Part shown: piece after piece, positions 1 through 8,649 of the stretch | Layout of the letters: each line of letters opens with the position of its first letter | How positions within the stretch are numbered: the stretch's first letter is position 1 | NCBI RefSeq assembly: GCF_008000775.2 | Contig: NZ_CP042905.2 | Location: 630,001-662,000, forward strand | DNA length: 32,000 bases | Direction of reading: 5' to 3' | Source of the DNA: Promethearchaeum syntrophicum | GTDB lineage: Archaea > Asgardarchaeota > Lokiarchaeia > Sigyniarchaeales > Promethearchaeaceae | Notes under the pieces: generated by a model | Database searches by the model: none | Told to the model about the DNA's origin: nothing | The model's input: only the letters and a program-made list of their open reading frames with translations | Program-made: the position numbers and the translations under genes

Positions 1-62
1 GAATCAAAAGGATAAATTTCCTTCATTTTTTCTAATTTTTTTTACTAATTCACTAAATTTTT

Positions 63-102
63 AAACCATGATATGCACAAAAGTGTGCATCTTCAGTAGA
101 AC
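63..102 (-). pseudogene. Degenerate 3'-end remnant of the wHTH/zinc-ribbon paralog family (third copy)
   Basis: By my hand alignment, 33 of 40 nt match 2222-2261, the 3' end of the ORF 2213..2530. The minus-strand translation is ...STEDAHFCAYHGLKI*, against ...TTEDAQFCAYCGSKL* in the intact-end copy. The second zinc-ribbon Cys pair is lost (CG to HG). I saw no similarity further upstream. Confidence 0.35.
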
Positions 103-283
103 TTGGATTTGAAGAGCGTAAATTACTTGAAGAAAATGTGAAAATCTATCATCCTATCTTCACTAAAATTTCCCAAAATGATAAAATTAAAATCATAAAT
201 GAATTGAAAATAATGAAATAAATCATTATATACATGAAAATTAAATATATAAAAGATAATAGACAATTCATAGAATTATTGGA

Positions 284-2146
284 ATGAGAAAAATGGCAAT
301 TATAAATATTGTTGAAGAAGAAAAAAAACTATTAAAAGAACTCTCTACTGAAACGGGAATTCAAAATATTGAAAATAAAAAATACATTAAATTGAAAGAG
401 GGTCGGGTTGTTTCTCTTTCTTTAAATAACTTGGATTTAAAGTCAATTCCTTCCTCTGTATTTAAATTTCGTTATTTGGAAGACTTATATCTTGATCATA
501 ATAAATTGATTACGATATCAAACGAAATTTGTAATCTGAAAAACCTACAATTATTATCCTTTTCTCATAACTTTTTTGAGAAATTGCCTGATATTTTAAG
601 AGAGTTATATTCACTGAGTGTATTAGTTTTTTCAGATAACCCTTTATATGAAATTCCTGATTGGATTGAAAGTTTATTTCAATTAGTTGAAATTCACATG
701 GGACCTTTGAAAAAATACAATAATCTTCCAGAAATAATGAAAAAATTAAAAAATATAATATATCTTGATACCGATGATGAAATCTGGGAAGAAAATTCAG
801 TTATAAACAATTTTTTTAAAGGAGTAAAATTTTTACCAAGTGAAATTGAAGGAATAAAAATCCTTGAAGAAATTACTAATGAGAAAATGAACGAATTATA
901 TGAATGGGATGAATTAAAATCAGAAAAAAAGCATTTGGGATTGATCTGTTATAGAGATAAAATTATTGCTTTAAAGGCAATGAATTTGTCGTATTCTGAA
1001 CTACCCCCAGAAGTTGATTCATTTTATGCTTTAAATTATTTAAAATGTAAAGGTGATTGGGATATATCTCATCTTCCGAGATTATCGAATCTTTTTAATT
1101 ATGGGATTCGTTTGGAATCCGAAGAAACTAAAGCTTTATTAGAACTGGAATCATTTCTGGGTAAAAAAATTCCTTATCGAGATATGGCATTGATTAATAA
1201 TTGGGGGAATATTCATGGTGACCATGTAGATTTAGGATTTGATATTCGAGCAAATCATGTAGTATGTTTAAGTTTGGAGAATCTAAATCTTTCAGAAATA
1301 CCTAAGATTATCATAAAATTTCCTTATTTGCGAATACTAAACCTCACGAATAATAATATCAGAGAATTACCCGAATGGTTAGCAGAATTAAAACTCTTAA
1401 CAACAATTTTTCTGTATTTTGACGAAACTGATGAGGAAGAAGGAATTATTAAAATTGAACCCGATTTTTTAGATGGTATCAAAGAAAATAATGAACTACA
1501 ATCATGGTATCAGGTGCAACATCTTCAAGACATTTCCTTTGAAAATAAAATTACCTTTCAAGATTGGATCGATCAAGCAGATGAATATGTTGCATCAGAT
1601 TCAAATTTTGCAGATTTTTATATTTCAGAAGAAGATTGGCATAAATTATATTTGGCATATATCCCGTTAGCAGAATTAATCGAAGCCCCAATTTTTTGTC
1701 CTCAAAAATGTGATTCGAAGATCATTTTAATACATGTAAATTTAAACGCGTTTAAAGATCATATTTATGATTTCTATTCAATTATTTACCAGAAATTAGC
1801 ACAGCATGTATGGGCTTATTATTACAATTCAATTTCCCCTCTTTTTGGAGACCAAAAAGCCACTGTCTGGGATTTTCATAAGCAAAATTCTGAGTTGATT
1901 TATGCATTGATTGAACCAGAATCTAATACGAAAGTTTGGGCGTTTGCATCACCTTCATTTGAAACTTGTTTTGCTTTCCAAGAATATTGCATGTCAAATA
2001 TGATGGGAAAGGTAGAAAAAACGCGAGATTTCTCAACATTAACTCACGAAATGCACAAGTTGATAGAGGGAGGGAAACAAATGATGAATCGATATCCATT
2101 AGATTTGAGAGAGCTTCAAAATGAATTATATAAATATAGAATATAA
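284..2146 (+). CDS. Leucine-rich repeat (LRR) protein with three repeated modules and an unassigned C-terminal region of about 230 aa
   Basis: 620-aa ORF. It has canonical 22-24 aa LRRs (LSLNNLDLKSIPSSVFKFRYLEDLYLDHNKLITISNEICNLKNLQLLSFSHNFFEKLPD...). A second LRR block reads VVCLSLENLNLSEIPKIIIKFPYLRILNLTNNNIRELPEWLAELKLL. Confidence 0.85.
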   Translation: MRKMAIINIVEEEKKLLKELSTETGIQNIENKKYIKLKEGRVVSLSLNNLDLKSIPSSVFKFRYLEDLYLDHNKLITISNEICNLKNLQLLSFSHNFFEKLPDILRELYSLSVLVFSDNPLYEIPDWIESLFQLVEIHMGPLKKYNNLPEIMKKLKNIIYLDTDDEIWEENSVINNFFKGVKFLPSEIEGIKILEEITNEKMNELYEWDELKSEKKHLGLICYRDKIIALKAMNLSYSELPPEVDSFYALNYLKCKGDWDISHLPRLSNLFNYGIRLESEETKALLELESFLGKKIPYRDMALINNWGNIHGDHVDLGFDIRANHVVCLSLENLNLSEIPKIIIKFPYLRILNLTNNNIRELPEWLAELKLLTTIFLYFDETDEEEGIIKIEPDFLDGIKENNELQSWYQVQHLQDISFENKITFQDWIDQADEYVASDSNFADFYISEEDWHKLYLAYIPLAELIEAPIFCPQKCDSKIILIHVNLNAFKDHIYDFYSIIYQKLAQHVWAYYYNSISPLFGDQKATVWDFHKQNSELIYALIEPESNTKVWAFASPSFETCFAFQEYCMSNMMGKVEKTRDFSTLTHEMHKLIEGGKQMMNRYPLDLRELQNELYKYRI

Positions 2147-2212
2147 GCAATAAGACGATTTTAATAAACAATAAAAAAACTTTTTTATCGATTTTTCTTT
2201 CTAAATTCCCCC

Positions 2213-2530
2213 TTATAATTTTGAACCACAATAGGCACAAAACTGTGCATCTTCAGTAGTATCGATTTCAGATCCACATTCTACGCAAAATTTCTGATCT
2301 CCTTTTGAGATCGTCTCTAATTTTTCAATTTTTCTTCCATATAGGTTTGAAATTTCCACTGTCTGCATTTTTCCGGAAATCTGAGAAAAAGTTCCACGTA
2401 ATCGACCAGTTGCTTTCAAATCAAAAATAATCGCCCGTACATCTTTTAAAGTTATTCCTGTGTTAATAGAGATTTCTTCTACAGTTATATTTGGATTAAG
2501 ATTGAATTCATTTAGAATGATATTTTGCAA
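2213..2530 (-). CDS. wHTH-like plus C-terminal zinc-ribbon protein; the soluble half of a paralog interrupted by an in-frame TAG
   Basis: 105-aa ORF opening with TTG. It closely parallels residues 63-167 of the neighbour 2823..3326 (NIILNEFNLNPNITVEEISINTGITLKDVRAIIFDLKATGRLRGTFSQ vs NIVLNEFTRNPNISSEEISTNTGISRKDIKAIILDLKGSGHLRGTFSQ). The C-terminus has a CxxC...CxxC ribbon (CVECGSEID...FCAYCGSKL). Confidence 0.6.
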   Translation of the reverse strand: MQNIILNEFNLNPNITVEEISINTGITLKDVRAIIFDLKATGRLRGTFSQISGKMQTVEISNLYGRKIEKLETISKGDQKFCVECGSEIDTTEDAQFCAYCGSKL

Positions 2531-2557
2531 TTTACCTTTGTTCTTATATGCTATTAT

Positions 2558-2713
2558 CTATCCCATTAATATAATAATTCCCATACCTATTGAAATTAAA
2601 TTCCAATAAAATCCTTCAACTACCTTTGAAAATCCCCAAAAAAGGTAAGCTCCAGCAATTAATAAGCTAAAATAGCTAAATCCTTCAACATATTGATCTC
2701 TTTCATATTTCAA
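2558..2713 (-). pseudogene. N-terminal two-TM fragment of the same paralog, ending at an in-frame TAG (2558..2560)
   Basis: It is in the same reading frame as 2213..2530. From the TTG at 2711..2713 my translation gives (M)KYERDQYVEGFSYFSLLIAGAYLFWGFSKVVEGFYWNLISIGMGIIILMG*, colinear with MKYEKNSYVEGISLCSLIIAGAFLYWGFNDIGSSWWNLIQIAIGLSILVG of 2823..3326. Both copies share the upstream sequence GGTTATTAAATTGAA. Confidence 0.45.
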
Positions 2714-2822
2714 TTTAATAACCTATTAACCACACTAGCTTGTAGAGATTTAAATATTTGTAAAGAAGAAAAAGTGCGTAAAAAAAAATCAAAAAAATCC
2801 GTATTAATTATCTCTTATGTAA

Positions 2823-3326
2823 TTATCTTTCAATTTTAGAGCCACAATAAGGACAAAATTGAGCTTCATCACTTTTATCAATTTCAGTTCCACATTCCTT
2901 GCAGAATCGTTGAATTTCACTTGGTTTTATCTCAATTTCTTTAATTTCTTTTGCAGGTTGCCTTGTAATTTCCACTGACTGCATTTTTCCTGTGGTTTGG
3001 GAGAAAGTTCCTCGTAAATGCCCTGATCCTTTCAAATCTAATATTATTGCTTTAATATCTTTTCGAGATATCCCGGTATTTGTTGAAATTTCTTCACTCG
3101 AGATATTTGGATTTCGAGTAAATTCATTTAAAACAATATTACGCAATTTGGGTCTGTTAGTAAACGCTCTAACTTGACCAACTAAAATACTTAGCCCGAT
3201 TGCAATTTGAATTAAATTCCACCAACTACTTCCGATATCATTGAATCCCCAATAAAGAAAAGCTCCAGCAATTATCAAACTGCAAAGGCTAATTCCTTCA
3301 ACATATGAATTTTTTTCGTACTTCAA
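2823..3326 (-). CDS. Membrane-anchored (two N-terminal TM helices) wHTH-like plus zinc-ribbon protein; the intact paralog
   Basis: 167-aa ORF with a TTG start. It has two hydrophobic helices, then an HTH-like segment, then a C-terminal ribbon (FCKECGTEIDKSDEAQFCPYCGSKI). Confidence 0.8.
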   Translation of the reverse strand: MKYEKNSYVEGISLCSLIIAGAFLYWGFNDIGSSWWNLIQIAIGLSILVGQVRAFTNRPKLRNIVLNEFTRNPNISSEEISTNTGISRKDIKAIILDLKGSGHLRGTFSQTTGKMQSVEITRQPAKEIKEIEIKPSEIQRFCKECGTEIDKSDEAQFCPYCGSKIER

Positions 3327-3347
3327 TTTAATAACCTCTTCGTTACA

Positions 3348-5468
3348 TTATCTTGCTGAATTAAAAATATTTCTTAAGGTAATAAAAAATTTTTCTTGGT
3401 CGATCTCTGGAGCCAAACATTTGAATTCGCGGCAGAGGAAAAATGTGGTTTTATTTTGAATTAGTTTAAAGTCAGAAAGGAATTGAATATTCTCTATGGG
3501 TATCTTTCCTTGAAAGAAATTTAATCTTGGAATATATTGACTTAAAATTTCTTTTTGGAATTTATCAATATGAGTCTTCATATCTTTCTTTTGATCTTGT
3601 GGGAATAAAATATTGATATCTGTGCTTGCATACATGAATCGTTGAAGAGAAATAAAATATGTGGCGTTTCCAAGAGGAGAATTTTTTACTTTTATATATA
3701 GGGCTTTTAATATATTTTCAGCGAGATCCGAGTACTTCGAATCTTTAAACAAATATTGGGCCCGTAATAGATTTTCGACCATTACTGAATTAGAATTTGG
3801 CAAGGGTGCATCATATAACAATTTAGGTCTGGTAAAGATATCGTTTTCTTTAACATCACTAAAATAATATGTATGTCCAGAACCATCCCAGAAATGCTCG
3901 TGAACATAAGTTAGGAGTTTTTCGATATCTTTTAGTAAAGTCAATTCATGAGTAATATTAAACTCGTCCAATAAAGCTTGTATGAAATAAGCGTAATCAT
4001 TCAAATTTCCAGATATTTTGACTGAATTTTCAATAAAAATTCTATAAAGATGTCCTGTTTCTGAATCAAACATAGTATTTCTTAGAAATTTTAAAATATC
4101 AGTTGCCATTTCTAAGATAATTTTCCCAAAAGGTTCATTAACAAATAGTTTATAAGCGGAATATAAACCATGAAGTGTAAGAGAATTCCAAGCTGTAATT
4201 ACTTTATTATCTAAGCCAGGTTTCACCCGAATTTTTCGTCGTTCTAACAATTTATGCTTAATATTTGTCAAGATCTCTTTAATTTTAATCAAATCTTTAT
4301 TAATTTTATTGCCAACGTCTTCTAATTCTTGAACTTGATGAAGAATAATTTGATGATCTTCGAAATTTCCTTCTGGAGTAATCTCAAAAATGGAATAGAA
4401 AATCTCTTTTTCTTCATTGGATAAAAGTTTATCAAGCTCATTTTTTTGCCAGACGTAGTATATTCCTTCTTTCCCGTGCGAATCTGCATCCAAAGTCGAA
4501 TATAATCCTTTCTTCTCCGTTTGCATATACATATCTCTTTGAATCCATTCGATTATTTCTCTTACAATTTCCTTATATCGATTTTGATTGAAGAATTGAT
4601 ATGCTTCAGAATAAGCAACTAGTGCCATTGCATTGTCATATAACATTTTTTCAAAATGTGGGACTAACCAGAATTTATCTACTGAATATCTGTGAAATCC
4701 TCCGCCAATTTGATCATAAATTCCTCCTCTTGCCATTTTATCCAGTGTAAGTTGTACATTTGAAATGAGTTTCTTAGAAATCGGATTATCTAAGTTTTGG
4801 TCAGTTTCATGAATTTGGCGCATAATCATAGTTAGTGATGGAAAATTGGGAAATTTAGGGGCGCTTCCATAACCTCCTTCGCGTTCATCAAATCCGAGAT
4901 TAAATTCCTTTAACACCTCATCAAATAATTTAGGATCAAACCGATCAATTTGTCCTTGCGACCCTTGATTAAAAACATTTAAGATTGCACGACTTATTTC
5001 TTCTCCTGCTTGATCTACTTTTTGTCTATCAGATTTATACACATTAACTAATTGTAAAAGTAGGTCAGGAAAACTAATAATTCCGAAACGGGAAGTTGGA
5101 GGAAAGTAGGTTCCCCCAAAGATTGGTTTTTTATCTGGGGTTAAAAATATGGATAGTGGCCATCCACCTCTCTTTCCCATTAATTGAACTACAGTTTGAT
5201 AAATATTGTCGATGTCGGGGCGTTCTTCTCTATCGATTTTAATAGAAATAAAATTTTCATTTAATATTTGAGCTATATGTTCATCCTCAAATGATTCATG
5301 AGCCATAACATGACACCAATGACACGAACTGTAGCCGATCGATAAGAAAATCATCTTTTTTTCTTCTTGGGCTAAATAAAATGCCTCAGAGCTATATGGA
5401 TACCAGTTTACAGGATTTTTTTGATGTTGTTTGAGATAAGGAGATGACTCTCCTTTTAGATGATTCAT
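3348..5468 (-). CDS. Thioredoxin-domain protein of the DUF255/YyaL type (N-terminal Trx-like fold plus C-terminal alpha/alpha-barrel, N-acylglucosamine-epimerase-like)
   Basis: 706 aa. The N-terminal signature is NPVNWYPYSSEAF...IFLSIGYSSCHWCHVMAHESFEDEHIAQILNENFISIKIDREERPDID. The length and this motif are typical of the family. Confidence 0.9.
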   Translation of the reverse strand: MNHLKGESSPYLKQHQKNPVNWYPYSSEAFYLAQEEKKMIFLSIGYSSCHWCHVMAHESFEDEHIAQILNENFISIKIDREERPDIDNIYQTVVQLMGKRGGWPLSIFLTPDKKPIFGGTYFPPTSRFGIISFPDLLLQLVNVYKSDRQKVDQAGEEISRAILNVFNQGSQGQIDRFDPKLFDEVLKEFNLGFDEREGGYGSAPKFPNFPSLTMIMRQIHETDQNLDNPISKKLISNVQLTLDKMARGGIYDQIGGGFHRYSVDKFWLVPHFEKMLYDNAMALVAYSEAYQFFNQNRYKEIVREIIEWIQRDMYMQTEKKGLYSTLDADSHGKEGIYYVWQKNELDKLLSNEEKEIFYSIFEITPEGNFEDHQIILHQVQELEDVGNKINKDLIKIKEILTNIKHKLLERRKIRVKPGLDNKVITAWNSLTLHGLYSAYKLFVNEPFGKIILEMATDILKFLRNTMFDSETGHLYRIFIENSVKISGNLNDYAYFIQALLDEFNITHELTLLKDIEKLLTYVHEHFWDGSGHTYYFSDVKENDIFTRPKLLYDAPLPNSNSVMVENLLRAQYLFKDSKYSDLAENILKALYIKVKNSPLGNATYFISLQRFMYASTDINILFPQDQKKDMKTHIDKFQKEILSQYIPRLNFFQGKIPIENIQFLSDFKLIQNKTTFFLCREFKCLAPEIDQEKFFITLRNIFNSAR

Positions 5469-5617
5469 GATTTAATTAGCAGATTAGAGAAATTTTATAT
5501 TTTTGATTAAAAAATAAAGGCAAATCTTAGGAAAGACAATATTCCAAAAGCATTTTTTTTTTAAATATTCAATTCTAATCAAATATTTAGAAAAAAAAAT
5601 AAATAAAGTGAAAAAAA

Positions 5618-6178
5618 ATGAATGTAAAAGACGCAATTGAAAATAGAAGAGCTTATCGATCTTTAGCTGAGATTAAAATAACTGAAGAATTAATCAATGA
5701 TTTGGGGACTGCTGCGCAATTAATGCCGAGTTGTTTTAATAAGCAACCTTGGCGATTTGTATTCGTGTATAAAGATCCTCAACTCGAACGAATGAAAAAT
5801 GAGGTTTTAAGTGAAGGAAACTTATGGGCAAAGAAAGCCTCAATGATAATTGCTGTGTTTAGCAAAAAAGAATTTGATTGTGTAATTAAAGAACGGGAAT
5901 ATTATTTATACGATACAGGAATGGCGGTTGGATCATTGCTTCTAAGAGCAACTGAGATGGGGTTAATTGCTCATCCAATAGCTGGCTACAATCCAAGTAA
6001 AGCTAGAGAAGTTTTGAATATTCCTTCAGAATATAATGTGATCAATTTGATAATAATTGGTAAGAAAGATCCGATTATTCCTGATAATTTTACTTCTTTT
6101 CAATTAGAATCCGAAAAAAATCGCCCTCCAAGAAAACCACTTAAAGAATTTGTATTTCACAACACCTTTAGTTCTTAA
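5618..6178 (+). CDS. Nitroreductase-family protein
   Basis: 186 aa. It has NRRAYRSL near the N-terminus and KQPWRFVFV, with an overall nitroreductase-like layout. Its stop overlaps the stop of the convergent gene in TTAA at 6175..6178. Confidence 0.85.
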   Translation: MNVKDAIENRRAYRSLAEIKITEELINDLGTAAQLMPSCFNKQPWRFVFVYKDPQLERMKNEVLSEGNLWAKKASMIIAVFSKKEFDCVIKEREYYLYDTGMAVGSLLLRATEMGLIAHPIAGYNPSKAREVLNIPSEYNVINLIIIGKKDPIIPDNFTSFQLESEKNRPPRKPLKEFVFHNTFSS

Positions 6179-6531
6179 TCAACATTTTTTAATTTTTTTT
6201 TCATCAGAGTTTCATATTCATCAAAATCAAATTTTTCTACAAAATCTATGCCAACTTGAGCATCATCCTTAGAAAATTTAAGTGGAATATTATTTTGATG
6301 GCATATATCAATAAATCGCCACAAATTCACTCCTGCAATTTCACTTGCTTTCCCAAATGATACTTTCTCATTACGATATTCATTTATTGCAGTTTCTATT
6401 CGTATCTCTTCAATTGATTTGGAAAGTAAATATCTTATTAACGTACTTTTATCCATTTTAAGGATTTTTTGAAGATCTTCAATTTCTTTATTCAAATCTT
6501 TTGGAACTACAATTGATAATCGTTCACTCAT
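6175..6531 (-). CDS. UPF0175-family protein (putative antitoxin / DNA-binding partner of the PIN-like protein)
   Basis: 118 aa. Its core is VSFGKASEIAGVNLWRFIDICHQNNIPL, typical of UPF0175. It overlaps the upstream PIN-like gene by 8 nt. Confidence 0.7.
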   Translation of the reverse strand: MSERLSIVVPKDLNKEIEDLQKILKMDKSTLIRYLLSKSIEEIRIETAINEYRNEKVSFGKASEIAGVNLWRFIDICHQNNIPLKFSKDDAQVGIDFVEKFDFDEYETLMKKKLKNVD

Positions 6532-7018
6532 ATTTTTTTCCCTCGTTTAGATATTTTTCATATAATTCATGCGTAAACCATCCATTTGAAGAATATTTTA
6601 ATAAATTTCTTTTAAAATGATTAAAATTGATAGATTTTAGCTTAATCAAGAGTAAAAGCATATCTGCCGTTGAAATTGATGATATTTTTCGCTGTTCTGC
6701 AACTAGTCTTGCTTTTCGATCATCTAATATAACTAAAGATTTCAAAGTTTCTGAAAGTAAAATTGATTCATATTCTCCCAAATGTAAGTACTTTTTTAAT
6801 AAGGGATCTTGTTTCTTAATTGAATATTTTAAGATTCTATGCTCATTGTAATAGTTTTCTAGTAGTATAGCATCTGAATAACCATGTTTAATACCTTTTT
6901 CAATAACTTCACAATAAACAGCATCTGGTATAATTATATTTTTAAATTTCTTCAGAATGAAATCAATTTTTCCAATTTTTGTTAAATGGATCAATGGTGA
7001 TGAATCAAATATGATCAT
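6524..7018 (-). CDS. PIN-like nuclease-domain protein (DUF3368 type), putative toxin
   Basis: 164 aa. The N-terminus MIIFDSSPLIHLTKIGKIDFILKKFKNIIIPDAVYCEV matches the DUF3368 pattern (DsSpLI.LakIg.ldlL...iP.aVy.Ev). It also has LGEYESILL and ILDDRKAR acidic motifs. Confidence 0.7.
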   Translation of the reverse strand: MIIFDSSPLIHLTKIGKIDFILKKFKNIIIPDAVYCEVIEKGIKHGYSDAILLENYYNEHRILKYSIKKQDPLLKKYLHLGEYESILLSETLKSLVILDDRKARLVAEQRKISSISTADMLLLLIKLKSINFNHFKRNLLKYSSNGWFTHELYEKYLNEGKKYE

Positions 7019-7072
7019 ATATGATATTATATGAAATATACATATTTAAATAAATATAAAAAATGATTAAAT

Positions 7073-8428
7073 CTATTCTTTTTTAGGCCAAACCTTTCTG
7101 AAAGCACCTTTCTTCATTCGACAGACAGGACATTCCTCTGGTGGTTCATCACCATAGTGTAAATGACCACATATTTTACAACGCCACACGGTTTGTTGTT
7201 CCATGCCCTTTCTTGCAGCTTCTTTTACATCTTTTGCCCGTAATCTTGGTAAATCTTCCATTTTTGGCATAATTGGTTGAAAACCACCCTTCATAAGATA
7301 TTTTAGAACTATCATTCTTTGAACTTGATTTGTTCCTTCGTAGATCTGTAATAATCTGATATCTCTTAGAAGTTTCTCTACAGGGAAGTATTTCGTATAA
7401 CCGTATCCCCCCAAAATCTGTAATGCATCGTTTGCGACTTCAAAAGCTGCTTCAGTTGTATAAAATTTCGTCATAGATGCCCATAAAGTGCAATCACGCC
7501 CTTGATCGGCTTCCCAAGCGGAGCGCCAGATCATTAAGCGCGAAGTTTCAACTTTCTGGAACATTTCTGCAATTTTGAATTGAATGCCTTGAAAAGCCCC
7601 AATAGGTTGACCGAATGCTTTCCGATTCATAGCATGTTGCATGGCAAATTCCATAGCAGATCGTGCCGCACCAACAGCAAAAGCTCCGATCATTGGACGT
7701 GTGTGTGAAAAAACATTCATAGCTAAACCAAATCCTTCCCCGCCTTCTCTTCCCAGAACATTTTCAGCGGGGACTCTCACATTATCAAACTTAAGTGCCA
7801 CTGTGTTTGAAGTTCGTTGACCCATTTTCGGGATGTGATCAACAACTGAAACTCCATCCCAATCTGTTTCAATTACCACTCCTACAATTCCTTTGTGTCT
7901 AAGTTTTCGATCCACTGTAGCAAAAATTGTAGCATAATCAGCAAAACCCCCATTTGTAACCCAATATTTTGTTCCATTTAGAATGTAATCTTTCCCATCA
8001 GGTGTCGCTTTACATCGCATTCCTGCCACATCCGAGCCCATTCCAGTCTCTGATGTAGCGAAGCTAATCAGTTTAAAATTTTTAATTATATCCGTTAGAT
8101 ATTTTTCCTTAGCGATTTCATTAGTTGATAAAATCAGAGGTTCTTGTCCTAACCCATTATCAAAAATAGATGTTGCTAATCCAGGACCACAAGAAGCAAA
8201 TTCTTCAACCGCAATGGATGCATCTAACATTCCATGTCCTTGACCACCATATTTCTTAGGAATGCCTAAATTCATTAAGCCTTCTTTATATGCACGTTCT
8301 AATACATAGAGAGGCATTTCATCCATTTCATCAAAATACCATGCTACAGGTAAGATTTCGCGATGAGCAAATTCACGACTTTTCATTTGTAATGCTAATT
8401 GCTCATCTGTTAGTGTAAAATCAATCAT
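7073..8428 (-). CDS. Acyl-CoA dehydrogenase fused to a C-terminal rubredoxin/rubrerythrin-type Cys4 domain
   Basis: 451 aa. The ACAD body includes GSDVAGMRCKA, YWVTNGG and the catalytic-base region IYEGTNQVQRMIV. The C-terminal extension of about 70 aa contains WRCKICGHLHYGDEPPEECPVCRMKKGAF (C417, C420, C433, C436). Confidence 0.9.
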   Translation of the reverse strand: MIDFTLTDEQLALQMKSREFAHREILPVAWYFDEMDEMPLYVLERAYKEGLMNLGIPKKYGGQGHGMLDASIAVEEFASCGPGLATSIFDNGLGQEPLILSTNEIAKEKYLTDIIKNFKLISFATSETGMGSDVAGMRCKATPDGKDYILNGTKYWVTNGGFADYATIFATVDRKLRHKGIVGVVIETDWDGVSVVDHIPKMGQRTSNTVALKFDNVRVPAENVLGREGGEGFGLAMNVFSHTRPMIGAFAVGAARSAMEFAMQHAMNRKAFGQPIGAFQGIQFKIAEMFQKVETSRLMIWRSAWEADQGRDCTLWASMTKFYTTEAAFEVANDALQILGGYGYTKYFPVEKLLRDIRLLQIYEGTNQVQRMIVLKYLMKGGFQPIMPKMEDLPRLRAKDVKEAARKGMEQQTVWRCKICGHLHYGDEPPEECPVCRMKKGAFRKVWPKKE

Positions 8429-8649
8429 TATTTTATCTCCTTTTTATTTTCAAAAAAATCTTATAAAGTCAAAATTTTTTCAATAATAATAAAAAATGTT
8501 GATTGAGGATGTTATTAAATTTGTTCTTTTAATTATAAAATAAGTAAATATATTCAATTAATAAATATAACTTCAGATTCAAAACTTGATATGTGTATGA
8601 TTTTTGAGATAGAATACGAAAATAATGAAATAAAAAAAATGTAGATAAA

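Noticed and set aside
2558-2560. The in-frame TAG in the paralog could be a pyrrolysine codon or evidence of a reassigned stop.
   Set aside because: No pylTSBCD-like genes are in the window, and there is no other in-frame TAG in the well-conserved genes here. The window alone cannot support recoding, so a pseudogene or a split gene is the conservative reading.
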